A stretch of DNA of 64,000 nucleotides from Gemmatimonas sp. GTDB taxonomy: Bacteria; Gemmatimonadota; Gemmatimonadetes; Gemmatimonadales; Gemmatimonadaceae. Position 1 is the stretch's first letter. Each line of letters starts with the position of its first letter. The position numbers and the translations under genes are program-made. The DNA is taken from contig OZ257156.1 of assembly GCA_965279375.1 (NCBI GenBank), positions 64,001 to 128,000 of the forward strand. Reading direction: 5' to 3'. Below the pieces are notes generated by a model that saw nothing but the letters and a program-made list of their open reading frames with translations, was not told the origin of the DNA and did no database searches. This document shows positions 18,887 through 28,044 of the stretch, one piece after another.

Positions 18887-19891
18887 TCAGAGCCGCTTGA
18901 GGATTTCGGCCTTCTTCGCGTCGAATTCTTCCGCCGTGATGGCGCCCATGTCCCGCATTTGCGCGAGCTGCTTCATCTGCTCGACGAGACCGGACTCCGC
19001 AGGCGCGGCGTTGGCGGGTGGCTGCGGTACGTGCGGCGGCGGTGGCGGTGGCGGCGCGTACTGCCCCGGCGGCGGAGGAGGTGGTGCGTACGCACCGTTC
19101 GCCTGCGGCGGAGGCGGCGGTGGCGTGTAGCTCTGCTGCGGTGGCGGTGGTGGTGGCGGCGTGTAGCTCTGCTGCGCGCCGGCCGTGGCGCCATAGGTGC
19201 CCATCTGCAGCTGCGAGAGCAGCTTTTCGGCCATCTCCTTGGGCACGGTGCTGGTGAGGCTGTACGCCTGCCATGCCAACGAGGCCGCGCCCAGAATCAG
19301 GATGATGAAAGCGAGGCCGGTATAGATGTTGAGAAAGACACCAAGGATCGTGACGCCGATGGCGATCGTCATCTGCTTCGAGATGCTTTCCGGCTTGCAG
19401 TCGATGCGCACCTGGCTCTGGCGCGGTCCGCTGCCCGTGACCGTGATGTCGCCGACGTACGTGACCTTTTGTCCACCGGTGGTCCAGAAGTCCTTCTTTA
19501 TCACGGAGTACTTGATGGTCTGCGGCGGTGCCTGCCACATCACCTGGCCGTTGATAGTTCCGACGGCCGCGATCGCCTGCGCAAACGCCGTCCCTTGATC
19601 GACGTTCAGGCCGACCTGCACACCGGCGCCACCACCACCGATGCCGCGACTGAATCCGGCTGCAGGCGGTGGAGGCGGTGGTGGCGGTGGTGGATAGTTG
19701 TTCGGCGGCGGAGGCGGTGGTGCCTGAAAACCGTTGGGCGGCGGTGGAGGCGGCGCTGACTGCCCCGCATTGGGCGCTCCTCCGGCGACGAGTGTGCCGC
19801 CGCACCCCGCGCAGAAGCGCGCTTGGGCAGGGTTTGCGGCTTGGCAACGCGGGCACTGCACGGTCGCGGCGGAATTCGGCGGCGCAGTCAC
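18887..19891 (-). CDS. Zinc-ribbon / poly-Pro / 2-TM / SHOCT domain membrane protein
   Basis: GTG start with AAGGA RBS; CPRCQAANPAQARFCAGCG; poly-Pro linkers; two TM helices; C-terminal SHOCT (QLAQMRDMGAITAEEFDAKKAEIL). Confidence 0.8.
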   Translation of the reverse strand: MTAPPNSAATVQCPRCQAANPAQARFCAGCGGTLVAGGAPNAGQSAPPPPPPNGFQAPPPPPPNNYPPPPPPPPPPAAGFSRGIGGGGAGVQVGLNVDQGTAFAQAIAAVGTINGQVMWQAPPQTIKYSVIKKDFWTTGGQKVTYVGDITVTGSGPRQSQVRIDCKPESISKQMTIAIGVTILGVFLNIYTGLAFIILILGAASLAWQAYSLTSTVPKEMAEKLLSQLQMGTYGATAGAQQSYTPPPPPPPQQSYTPPPPPPQANGAYAPPPPPPGQYAPPPPPPPHVPQPPANAAPAESGLVEQMKQLAQMRDMGAITAEEFDAKKAEILKRL

Positions 19892-20061
19892 AGATCGGTC
19901 CTTGCGGGTAGTGAATCGGCGGAGGGACGCACACCAGAGAGAGCGCGAAATGGCGCGGCCGAGGCTCATCCATGCGCGACGAGCCACAGTCGACCGCTTT
20001 TGCGCCTTGGGTGGAGACGCGATCGCCGAACGGCGCGTCGTTCCCCAGCCCGGAGCAGGAG

Positions 20062-20997
20062 ATGCACCGACTGCAGCACGCAGCACTCGTCAGCGCGATG
20101 GCCGTCGTCGCCCACGTGAGCGCGCCCCAAGATCTCTTTCGCGACCCGGCGGGGCGCTTCACGCTGATGGTGCCATCGGGCTGGCGCGCCACCCCACAGG
20201 GTGGCGGCGTCGTGATCACCAACGGGAACGTGATGGCGATGTTCTCGCCATTCAGCGGCGTGCGTTCCGGCAACGACGTCGTGGCCGCGCTGAATGCGCA
20301 GTACGGTGCGCAGTGGCGCGATCTGCGTACGATGGATCAGGGGACGTTCAGCGTGGCCGGCCGCCCCACCGCATACGCGGTGTATTCAGGCACCAATCCG
20401 CGCGGAGTGCCGTCCATCTTGCGACTCGCCGGGCTGACCGATTCGCGAGACGGCTACGCCATCGTGATGTCCGCGCCGCAAAGCGAATTCAACGCCGCGA
20501 GCCAAACGCTGCAGGCGCTCGAACAGAGCTTCACTCTTGCCGACGCAGGTGGCGCGGGACCGGCACCCGCGCCCGTTCCGGGCCCGCTTCCGCCACCGAT
20601 GCAGGGAGGCGGTGCGTTAGGCATTCGCGGCAATGGCATGCCGCCGAACGGTGGGATGCCGAATGGCCCCGTGCCAAATGGCCCAGTGCCGAACGGCGGC
20701 GCGCCGTCGGGACGCGCCACCCTCGGCGTCTACACGCGCAACGTCGAGGCGGCCGATCTGCCGCGCATTGGCATCAAGGAGCAGTTGGGTGCTCTCATCG
20801 AGCAGGTCGCACCCGGAAGCGCCGCGGAACGCGCGGGATTGGTGCCGGGCGACGTCATACTCAGCGCGGACCAGCAGACGATTCGTCAGCACACCGAACT
20901 CCAGCGCGTGGTGCAGAGCCATCGGCCAGGCGAGTCCGTGTCGCTGATCCTGATGCGCGGCGGACGCCCACTGACGCTGGCGGTGACGCTGCGGTGA
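20062..20997 (+). CDS. Exported protein with an N-terminal PsbP/DcrB-like domain and C-terminal PDZ domain
   Basis: AGGAG RBS; signal peptide; FTLMVPSGW; PNG-rich linker; ATLGV...EQVAPGSAAERAGLVPGDVIL...RGG. Confidence 0.8.
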   Translation: MHRLQHAALVSAMAVVAHVSAPQDLFRDPAGRFTLMVPSGWRATPQGGGVVITNGNVMAMFSPFSGVRSGNDVVAALNAQYGAQWRDLRTMDQGTFSVAGRPTAYAVYSGTNPRGVPSILRLAGLTDSRDGYAIVMSAPQSEFNAASQTLQALEQSFTLADAGGAGPAPAPVPGPLPPPMQGGGALGIRGNGMPPNGGMPNGPVPNGPVPNGGAPSGRATLGVYTRNVEAADLPRIGIKEQLGALIEQVAPGSAAERAGLVPGDVILSADQQTIRQHTELQRVVQSHRPGESVSLILMRGGRPLTLAVTLR

Positions 20998-21069
20998 CGT
21001 TGCGGTGAGTCGCGATAGCTCCGCGCAGACGTCGCGGAGCGCGCGCCATCGCAGGAGTTCGCGTCTCAG

Positions 21070-21441
21070 CTACCGCTGTCGCGAACGTACGTATGCCTGG
21101 CGGCGCGATTCCAGTTGCTCGACGGCCGCACGCGGCACCAGCGCATCGACTGCGCCTCGCGCCGAACGTGCTCGCTCTTCGAGGTCGTCAGCGACATACG
21201 ACGGAATCACGACCTGACGTCCGCTTGCAATGACCAGCAGAGAGTCGCCGCCGGCGCCAACCGGTACGTCACGGCGCTCACGCCAGCGCGCGCGAAAGAG
21301 ATCGAGCTGCTCGAACGCGCCGTACAGCCAATCGAGGTGCGTGACGTAGAGCGGAAACGGTTGCGTCCAGACCGGCGCGCGAGGCGCTCCCGGGTCCACC
21401 TGCAACTCGATCAGCCCCTCGGCGCGCGGCCCGATTCGCAC
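21070..21441 (-). CDS. Hypothetical protein (~123 aa; start uncertain)
   Basis: C-terminal part of ORF 21070..21777 looks like a globular protein (VWTQPFPLYVTHLDWLYGAFEQL); GTG at 21441. Confidence 0.5.
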   Translation of the reverse strand: MRIGPRAEGLIELQVDPGAPRAPVWTQPFPLYVTHLDWLYGAFEQLDLFRARWRERRDVPVGAGGDSLLVIASGRQVVIPSYVADDLEERARSARGAVDALVPRAAVEQLESRRQAYVRSRQR

Positions 21442-21562
21442 AATGCGTCGCCAGTTGTGCGGCGAAGCAAGCGGCGGTGAACTTTGCGTCCACTCCGCAC
21501 GAAAGTCGGCCGGACGCGGTGTGCTTCTTGTGAGCATTGTGTGCCGTGTGGCCGTGTGGCGG

Positions 21563-21826
21563 TCAGCTGAGTGGCGTTGTACCGCCCGCGGTGTGCTGCT
21601 CCATCGGCAGCCCCACGTGTTCATCGGACACGCGATCATCCGGCGACATCGGGCTGTGCGCGCTGTGCGGGTCAGCCATCGCGGATTCGTCGATACAGAG
21701 CGGCGCAGGCGCGTCAGGCACGGCCACCGGAATCTCGGCGGTCGCCTCCAGCGGCTTCGGTGTCTCCGCAGTCGCATCGATGACCACGGGGAACTCCGCC
21801 GTCGCGTCGACGATGGGCTCCTGCAC
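21563..21826 (-). CDS. Small acidic hypothetical protein with (D/E)ATAE-x-P repeats
   Basis: GTG overlaps the GYF gene stop (TAGTG); DATAEFP, DATAETP, EATAEIP. Confidence 0.45.
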   Translation of the reverse strand: MQEPIVDATAEFPVVIDATAETPKPLEATAEIPVAVPDAPAPLCIDESAMADPHSAHSPMSPDDRVSDEHVGLPMEQHTAGGTTPLS

Positions 21827-22446
21827 TACCCCTTCGTCTTCTGGTTCTCGTAGCTGATGTTCGCGCACGTCATCGACGCGTCGATGGCGGGCGTGAAGTT
21901 GTTCACCAGCTTCATGCTGCTGGCACCGGGCAGAATCGGATCGGAGCAGGTCGACGCGACATGACGGCCATCGTTGCACATCACCACGACGTCGAGGCAC
22001 ATCGTGCGATTGGCCTGCGCCATGTTCTGAAAGCCGCACTGCACCGCGTCCGCGCTCACCCCGGTGCACCCCATGAACGTGACCGAGGTGTCGCCGGACA
22101 GTTCGTTCATGCCGTCCTTCATCTGACCAACGCCGCTGTAGATCGCGAAGGCACCGAGCGCGCCCATCAATCCACGTACGACGAGACGCGCCTTGGGATC
22201 CTTGGGCATCCAATCCATCCGCGACTTCTTCTCTCGCGGCTCAGGCGAAACCGGTGCGGGTGGCGGCGACGCGGCCAAGGTGGATACCAACGGTGTGGAG
22301 GCGGCTGCGACCCAGTCTCCATAGCCCGGCGAAACCAGCGTCGAACCGTTGATGGCCCCTGAGCGGATCAGCGCGTCCATCGCAGCACGCGGCAGCGGAC
22401 CGACGCTCGCGCCGTCCTGCACGTAGTACCACGTCTCGACACTCAT
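21826..22446 (-). CDS. GYF_2 (DUF4339) domain membrane protein with a 6-Cys C-terminal domain
   Basis: WYYVQDGASVGP...LIRSGAINGSTLV...GDWVAA; one TM helix; six Cys in the distal domain. Confidence 0.8.
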   Translation of the reverse strand: MSVETWYYVQDGASVGPLPRAAMDALIRSGAINGSTLVSPGYGDWVAAASTPLVSTLAASPPPAPVSPEPREKKSRMDWMPKDPKARLVVRGLMGALGAFAIYSGVGQMKDGMNELSGDTSVTFMGCTGVSADAVQCGFQNMAQANRTMCLDVVVMCNDGRHVASTCSDPILPGASSMKLVNNFTPAIDASMTCANISYENQKTKG

Positions 22447-22676
22447 GACGCCAGCCCCCTCTGCGCGAGCGCAATGGACGCGCGGTGCTGAGTGTACGCG
22501 ATCGATGCGAGCGAGCCGAGCATGGTAAATCCTCCGCAGGAATGAACGCGCCCATCTGGCAGGGAGCGGCACCTCGTGTGATATCTGACAACAAGGCGCA
22601 AAAGTCCGCCGAACAGGCTCACCGACAGATCGCGACGGTTCAAACCCTTATGTCCTCCACGGCGTCCGAGACCGGT

Positions 22677-24149
22677 ATGACATACCGCCCAGCCATCCGT
22701 TGCCCGAAGCGGCGCCCTTCCCGCGCGCGTCCCGCGCTACGCTGTGCCGCGAGCGCGACTCTGCTGATCCTCGCGCAAGTGCCTGCGCTGACCGCGCAAA
22801 CGCGACCGACGCAGCCGGCCGCAAAGCGCGCAGCGACGGTGCGCACGACGTCGGCCCTGCGATCGGCGATCGACTCGACGGCGCGAGCACTGGTCAAGGA
22901 GGGACGCATCGCCGGGCTGTCGATTGCGGTGCTCAGAGGACGAGACACCCTCGCACTGGCTGGCTATGGATCGGCGGACCTCGAGCTGAATGTGCCGACG
23001 CCCGCACGCGCGATCTACGAGATCGGCTCGGTCACCAAGCAGTTCACCGCCGCTGCGATTCTCATGCTTCGCGACGAGGGCAAGCTCTCACTCGATGCCG
23101 ACATCACCACCTACCTACCGGACTATCCGACGCAGGGACATCGCGTGACGGTGCGTCGACTTCTCGACCACACATCGGGCATCAAGGGCTATACAGAGAT
23201 CGAAGCGTTCGAGGCCATGATGCCGCGCGACCTTCCCAAGGATTCGCTGGTCGCGCTGTTCAGCAAGGCACCATTCGACTTCGCACCTGGCGAGGCGGAG
23301 ATCTACAACAACTCCGCGTTCTTCCTGCTGGGGCTCATCATCGAGAAGACGTCGGGGATGACCTATGCCGACTTCGTGCAGAAGCGACTTTTCGACAAGG
23401 TAGGCATGCCGGATTCACGCTACTGCTCCGAGAGCGCGATCACGCCGCGCAAAGCGCACGGCTATGACATGTCCTCCAAGGGTCTCGTGCACAAAGGCTT
23501 CATCGTGCACACATATCCGTACTCGGCCGGCTCGCTTTGTTCGAGCGCTGCCGATCTGCTCACGTGGCTCGTTGCGCTGCACGGCGACCGCGTGCTTCCG
23601 GCTGCGTCGTATCGGGAGATGACGCGCCCCGCCACGCTCTCTGACGGCACCACGCTGCGCTACGGCATGGGACTCGCCCTACACACACTGGGCGGACATC
23701 CGGCCATCGAGCACGGCGGTGGCATCCCGGGTTTCCTGTCGAGCACCGCGTACTTTCCGGCGCACGGGAGTCAGCCCGACATGTACGTCGTCGTACTGCT
23801 CAACACGGCGGGACCCGTGTCCGCCGAGAGCGTGACGAGCCAGATCGCTGAGTTGGTACTGGGCCCAGCGGTACGCGTCGCGCTGCCGTCGCCAACCAGT
23901 GCATCGACGCTCGTCGGCACGTACGCGGGTACGGGACGCGGAGAGGTGCGGACGGTTTCCATCACGTGGGAGAACGGTACGCTCAACGCCGCCGTGGGGA
24001 AGCGACCGGCGCGCGCGCTGCGCTACATCGGCAACGACACATGGGAGATGGACGACACCCGACTGACGTTCACCACCGCTTCCGGCGCGACGCACACGCT
24101 GCGCTACGACACGGCCTACGGCTACTCGATTCTCTCGCGCACGCCGTAG
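22677..24149 (+). CDS. Exported serine hydrolase, beta-lactamase class C family
   Basis: GSVTKQF (SxxK), LLDHTSG, YNN, HGGGIPGF. Start uncertain. Confidence 0.9.
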   Translation: MTYRPAIRCPKRRPSRARPALRCAASATLLILAQVPALTAQTRPTQPAAKRAATVRTTSALRSAIDSTARALVKEGRIAGLSIAVLRGRDTLALAGYGSADLELNVPTPARAIYEIGSVTKQFTAAAILMLRDEGKLSLDADITTYLPDYPTQGHRVTVRRLLDHTSGIKGYTEIEAFEAMMPRDLPKDSLVALFSKAPFDFAPGEAEIYNNSAFFLLGLIIEKTSGMTYADFVQKRLFDKVGMPDSRYCSESAITPRKAHGYDMSSKGLVHKGFIVHTYPYSAGSLCSSAADLLTWLVALHGDRVLPAASYREMTRPATLSDGTTLRYGMGLALHTLGGHPAIEHGGGIPGFLSSTAYFPAHGSQPDMYVVVLLNTAGPVSAESVTSQIAELVLGPAVRVALPSPTSASTLVGTYAGTGRGEVRTVSITWENGTLNAAVGKRPARALRYIGNDTWEMDDTRLTFTTASGATHTLRYDTAYGYSILSRTP

Positions 24150-24898
24150 CCCGACGCACCACCTGTCTGCAGAAACGCGGCATACTCCAGCGGCAGTCCC
24201 GCGTCGATCACGCCGCGCGCCGCTTCATCCACGTCGTATTCCACGCGCACGAACTCGACCTGCGGAGCCCCTTCGCCGATCGTGAGCACCGCGTAGCCCG
24301 CGCGCGGGTCGTGATCCTTGGGACGCCCTACGCTGCCCGTGTTCACGAAGTGCATGCCGTCCACCTCACGATGCCACGGCAGGTGCGTATGGCCAAACGC
24401 TATGACGTCGCCCGCCTTGAGCGAGACCGTCGCCGCCATCTTGCGACAGAAGTCGTCGGAGCGATCAGCGGTCCAGTAGAGCGTGTTGAGTGTGGGTGTG
24501 CCGTGCACCAACACGACGCGAGGGCCTGCTGCATGTCCGCCCAGCGGACGAACGTCGAGCGAAAACGGCAGCGCGCGCAGGTACTGCTTGCTGGCCGGCG
24601 TCACCGTCGCGCGCGTGTACTCGTAGCTGATGTGCGCCAGCTCCTCTTGCCGCGCCGATTCGCTGCGGCATCCGCAGTGCGGATAGTCGGTGGCTACGGT
24701 GGAATCGTAGTTGCCGGCTATGCCCTGAATGCCGCGCTCGCGCAGCAGCGTGATGACCTGATTGGGGAAGTTGGCATATCCCACCAGATCGCCGAGGTGA
24801 TAGGTGCCATCGATATCACCACGTGCGTCGATGTCGGCCAACACGGCCTCGAGCGCGAAGAGATTCGCGTGAATGTCGGAGAGGAGAGCGAGTCTCAT
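24122..24898 (-). CDS. Metallophosphoesterase (YfcE-like), ars-operon associated
   Basis: SDIHAN, GDLVGY, GNYD, VHGTP, FGHTHLP, NTGSVGRPKD; extra HCGC motif. Confidence 0.9.
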   Translation of the reverse strand: MRLALLSDIHANLFALEAVLADIDARGDIDGTYHLGDLVGYANFPNQVITLLRERGIQGIAGNYDSTVATDYPHCGCRSESARQEELAHISYEYTRATVTPASKQYLRALPFSLDVRPLGGHAAGPRVVLVHGTPTLNTLYWTADRSDDFCRKMAATVSLKAGDVIAFGHTHLPWHREVDGMHFVNTGSVGRPKDHDPRAGYAVLTIGEGAPQVEFVRVEYDVDEAARGVIDAGLPLEYAAFLQTGGASGYGVRERIE

Positions 24899-24913
24899 TT
24901 GGCGCTCAGCGGG

Positions 24914-26026
24914 TCAGGTGTTCGCAACGGCATGCGGAGATGCAGCGAAGTACCGCCCCTTCGCCCAGAGTGACGCGTAGACGAGCGCCACCAGCGCAGG
25001 GACTTCGATCAGCGGGCCCACCACTGCGGCAAGCGCCTCGCCCGACGTGATGCCGAACGTCGCGACCGCGACGGCAATGGCGAGTTCGAAATTGTTGCCT
25101 GCCGCTGTAAACGACAGCGACGCCGTGGTTTCGTAGTCGAAGCCGAGCGCGCGAGAGAGCCAGAAGGCGAGGCTGAACATCAGGCCAAAGTACACGAGCA
25201 TCGGAATCGCAATGCGCAGTACATCGAGCGGCAGCGAGAGAATGCGACTTCCCTGCATCGCGAACATCAGCACGATCGTGTACAACAGGCCCAGCAACGC
25301 CGTCGGTCCGATTTTCGGCATGAACACGTCGTCGTACCACGCGATGCCTTTGGCGGATACCAGCGTTCTGCGAGTGAGGTAACCCGCGATCAGCGGCACG
25401 CCGAGGAAGATCGCGACGCTGCGCGCGATCTGTCCCATCGAGATGTTGAGCGCGGCGGTCTCCGCACCAAACCACCCCGGCACGACCGTGAGAAAGAGAT
25501 AGCCGAGCAGCGAGTACGTGAGAATCTGAAAGACGGAGTTGAGTGCCACCAACACCGCAGCGAGCTCACCGGAGCCGCAGGCGAGCGCGTTCCAGATCAG
25601 CACCATCGCAATGCAACGCGCGAGGCCAATCAGCACGAGCCCGTTGCGGTATGCTGGAAGATCCGGCAGGAAGATCCACGCGAGTGCGAACATCACGAGT
25701 GGACCGATCACCCAGTTCAGCAGCAGCGACGTGCCCAGCAACTTGGTATCGCGCAGATGCGGTCCGATCGTTTCGTAGCGCACCTTGGCGAGCACGGGAT
25801 ACATCATCCACAGCAGTCCGATGGCGATGGGCATCGACACGCCGGCAAGCTTGACGCGATCGAGCGTCGCGCCGAGGTCGGGCACCGCACGGCCGAGTAG
25901 GAGTCCCGCGGCCATGGCCGCGAAGATCCAGAGCGGCAGGAAGCGGTCGGTCGTCGAGAGCTTTCCGAGAACCACCGCCTTTGGCACGACGGCTGACGGC
26001 GTCTGACGCGCAGAGAGAATCACCAT
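24914..26026 (-). CDS. acr3: ACR3 family arsenite efflux transporter
   Basis: DRFLPLWI, MMYPVLAKV, GLARCIAMVLIWN, AGNNFELAIAVA, GPLIEVP. Confidence 0.95.
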   Translation of the reverse strand: MVILSARQTPSAVVPKAVVLGKLSTTDRFLPLWIFAAMAAGLLLGRAVPDLGATLDRVKLAGVSMPIAIGLLWMMYPVLAKVRYETIGPHLRDTKLLGTSLLLNWVIGPLVMFALAWIFLPDLPAYRNGLVLIGLARCIAMVLIWNALACGSGELAAVLVALNSVFQILTYSLLGYLFLTVVPGWFGAETAALNISMGQIARSVAIFLGVPLIAGYLTRRTLVSAKGIAWYDDVFMPKIGPTALLGLLYTIVLMFAMQGSRILSLPLDVLRIAIPMLVYFGLMFSLAFWLSRALGFDYETTASLSFTAAGNNFELAIAVAVATFGITSGEALAAVVGPLIEVPALVALVYASLWAKGRYFAASPHAVANT

Positions 26027-26472
26027 CAGCAGGGCGCCATCGCGCGCGCGCGCGCGAGCTCGAGCGCGAGAGCGCGTTCCGTGTCGAGCGACGGGACACC
26101 GGTGAAGCAGGAACGCACGCAGGCGATCAGGTTGCGATGCACCGTGTTGGCCGGCTCCGCCAGGCGATAGTGCGCGAACTTCCAGTCGCGCGTGACCTCG
26201 ACGAGTCCAGCACGACGCAGATAGGCGAGGTGCCTTGAGACCACCGGCTGCGCGAGCCCCAGCAGCTCCACCAGGTCGCACACGCACAGCTCCCCCGCGG
26301 CGAGCGCATTCAGCACGCGCAGGCGAGTCGGATCGGCGAATCCCCGAAACAACGCATCCAGATCCGCCACCTCGGGCGGACTGCATGTCGTGCGCGATGC
26401 CGCGCCGAGTGTGTCATCCGCGACAGTGCAGGACATGCCGGCAGCTCCGGAACCCGTTGGAGAATCCATCAT
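26026..26472 (-). CDS. arsR: ArsR/SmtB family metalloregulator
   Basis: FADPTRLRVL, ELCVCDL, QPVVSRHLAYLRRAGLV; TGATG coupling to acr3. Confidence 0.93.
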   Translation of the reverse strand: MMDSPTGSGAAGMSCTVADDTLGAASRTTCSPPEVADLDALFRGFADPTRLRVLNALAAGELCVCDLVELLGLAQPVVSRHLAYLRRAGLVEVTRDWKFAHYRLAEPANTVHRNLIACVRSCFTGVPSLDTERALALELARARAMAPC

Positions 26473-26491
26473 ATATGCCTAGCCGCATATA
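26472..26491. promoter_or_regulatory. Putative ArsR operator, TATATGC-N6-GCATATA
   Basis: Perfect 7-6-7 AT-rich inverted repeat touching the arsR start codon. Confidence 0.65.
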
Positions 26492-26631
26492 AACTGCGCG
26501 ACGATGGCGTCGTGCGCAAGCGATCGCCCGAAACCGTGCCAGCATTCACACCGTCGTGGGTCGAGCTACCTTCTCCCCGTCCGCGCCCGCGATGGGCGCC
26601 TGCCGTGTACCCACCTCTGGCCCGTCCCCAG

Positions 26632-28044
26632 ATGCCTCCCTCACGATCGACCTCCGCATCACGTCGCGCTGGCCGCACGCGGCTTGCCACGGTCCTCGGC
26701 CTAACCTTCGCTGGCATCGGCGCGGTGGTGCTGACTCGTCAGCCGGCCACGCTAGGCGCGCAGGACGCGGCGCCGACGTTTGCAAAAGACGTCGCGCCGA
26801 TCATCTATCAGAACTGTGCGAGCTGTCATCGCCCCGACGGGCTGGGCCCCTTCTCGCTGATGGACTACGACAGCGTGAAGGAGAACGCGAGCGATATCAA
26901 GAAAGCGGTGAAGTCGGGATACATGCCGCCGTGGCACGCCGAAGGACCGCACGGAACGTTCCGCAACGACCGCCGCCTTTCCGATCTGGACAAGCAGACG
27001 ATTCTGCGCTGGATCGATGCAGGCGCCAAGCCGGGCAACTTGAAGGAGCTCCCCGCCAAGCCGGTTTTCCCGACCGGCTGGGGCATGGGCACACCCGACG
27101 CGATCGTGTCGATGCCCGAGGACTACGTCGTGCCAGCCAAGGGCACGGTCGAATATCAGTACTTCGAAATCCCGACCAACTTCACCGAAGACAAGTGGGT
27201 GCAGGCGATCGAGATTCTTCCAGGCGCGCGCGAAGTCGTGCATCACGTATTGGTGTACGCAAAGGTGCCGCCGGCTCCACGCCCTGCGGTTGCACCCGGT
27301 GGCGCGCCGGCCGCAGCCGCTGGAGCAGCACCCGCCGCGCCGCCACGCCCACTCTTCGTACGCAAGCCACAGTACGACAACCCGCCTGACCCGCCGCGCC
27401 AGGACATGCTGCATCCGCCGCCGCGCCAGTTGGGTGCGCTGATCGGCAGCACGGCTCCGGGTACCAACCTGACGGAGTTCCCTGCGGGCACGGCGCTGCG
27501 GCTGCGCGCCGGCACCATCCTGACGTTCCAGATGCACTACACCGTGCACGGACACGAGGAAAAGGACCGCACGCGTGTCGGCTTCAAGTTCGCCACCGCG
27601 ATGCCCGACGAAGAAATCCGCGCGGCCGCGTACATCAATGGCGCGTTCACGCTGCCGGCTGGCCAGAAGGACGTGGCAGTGACGGCCGATCTGGAGCCGA
27701 CCGAGACCGTGAAGATCTGGGGCTTGCTGCCGCACACACATCTGCGCGGTACGCGCTGGCGCTACACGCTCGAGAAGCCGGACGGCACGAAGGAAGTGGT
27801 GCTCGATGTACCGCGCTACGACTTCAACTGGCAGACCTACTATTTCTTCGCCAAGCCGCTCGAGATTCCGGCCGGTGCGAAACTCGTCTCCACGGCGTGG
27901 TACGACAACTCGGCGAGCAACAAGAGCAACCCCGACGCGACGAAAGACGTGAAGTGGGGTGATCAGACGTGGGAAGAAATGCAGTACACCGGCTATCTCT
28001 ACAGCGTCCCGAGTCGGCGCCTTCGTCCAGCAGGAGACAAGTAG
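26632..28044 (+). CDS. Exported c-type cytochrome fused to a copper type II (PHM/DBH-like) monooxygenase domain
   Basis: Signal/TM segment; CASCH and YMPPW; VVHHVLVY, FQMHY, LPHTHLRG, YDFNWQ, WEEMQY. Confidence 0.8.
   Translation: MPPSRSTSASRRAGRTRLATVLGLTFAGIGAVVLTRQPATLGAQDAAPTFAKDVAPIIYQNCASCHRPDGLGPFSLMDYDSVKENASDIKKAVKSGYMPPWHAEGPHGTFRNDRRLSDLDKQTILRWIDAGAKPGNLKELPAKPVFPTGWGMGTPDAIVSMPEDYVVPAKGTVEYQYFEIPTNFTEDKWVQAIEILPGAREVVHHVLVYAKVPPAPRPAVAPGGAPAAAAGAAPAAPPRPLFVRKPQYDNPPDPPRQDMLHPPPRQLGALIGSTAPGTNLTEFPAGTALRLRAGTILTFQMHYTVHGHEEKDRTRVGFKFATAMPDEEIRAAAYINGAFTLPAGQKDVAVTADLEPTETVKIWGLLPHTHLRGTRWRYTLEKPDGTKEVVLDVPRYDFNWQTYYFFAKPLEIPAGAKLVSTAWYDNSASNKSNPDATKDVKWGDQTWEEMQYTGYLYSVPSRRLRPAGDK

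Noticed and set aside
16542..21008. Long alternative-frame ORFs (16542+, 17021+, 17211-, 18521+, 18570-, 19734+)
   Set aside because: Arg-rich shadows of the M48, SHOCT and PDZ genes with no independent domain evidence.
13776..22446. Type VI/VII secretion or contractile injection system interpretation of the acidic cluster
   Set aside because: No recognisable WXG100, FtsK/EssC, VgrG, Hcp, PAAR or sheath genes in the window.
22677..24149. Bona fide antibiotic-resistance beta-lactamase
   Set aside because: Generic class C-like serine hydrolase (HGG rather than KTG), so resistance function cannot be supported.
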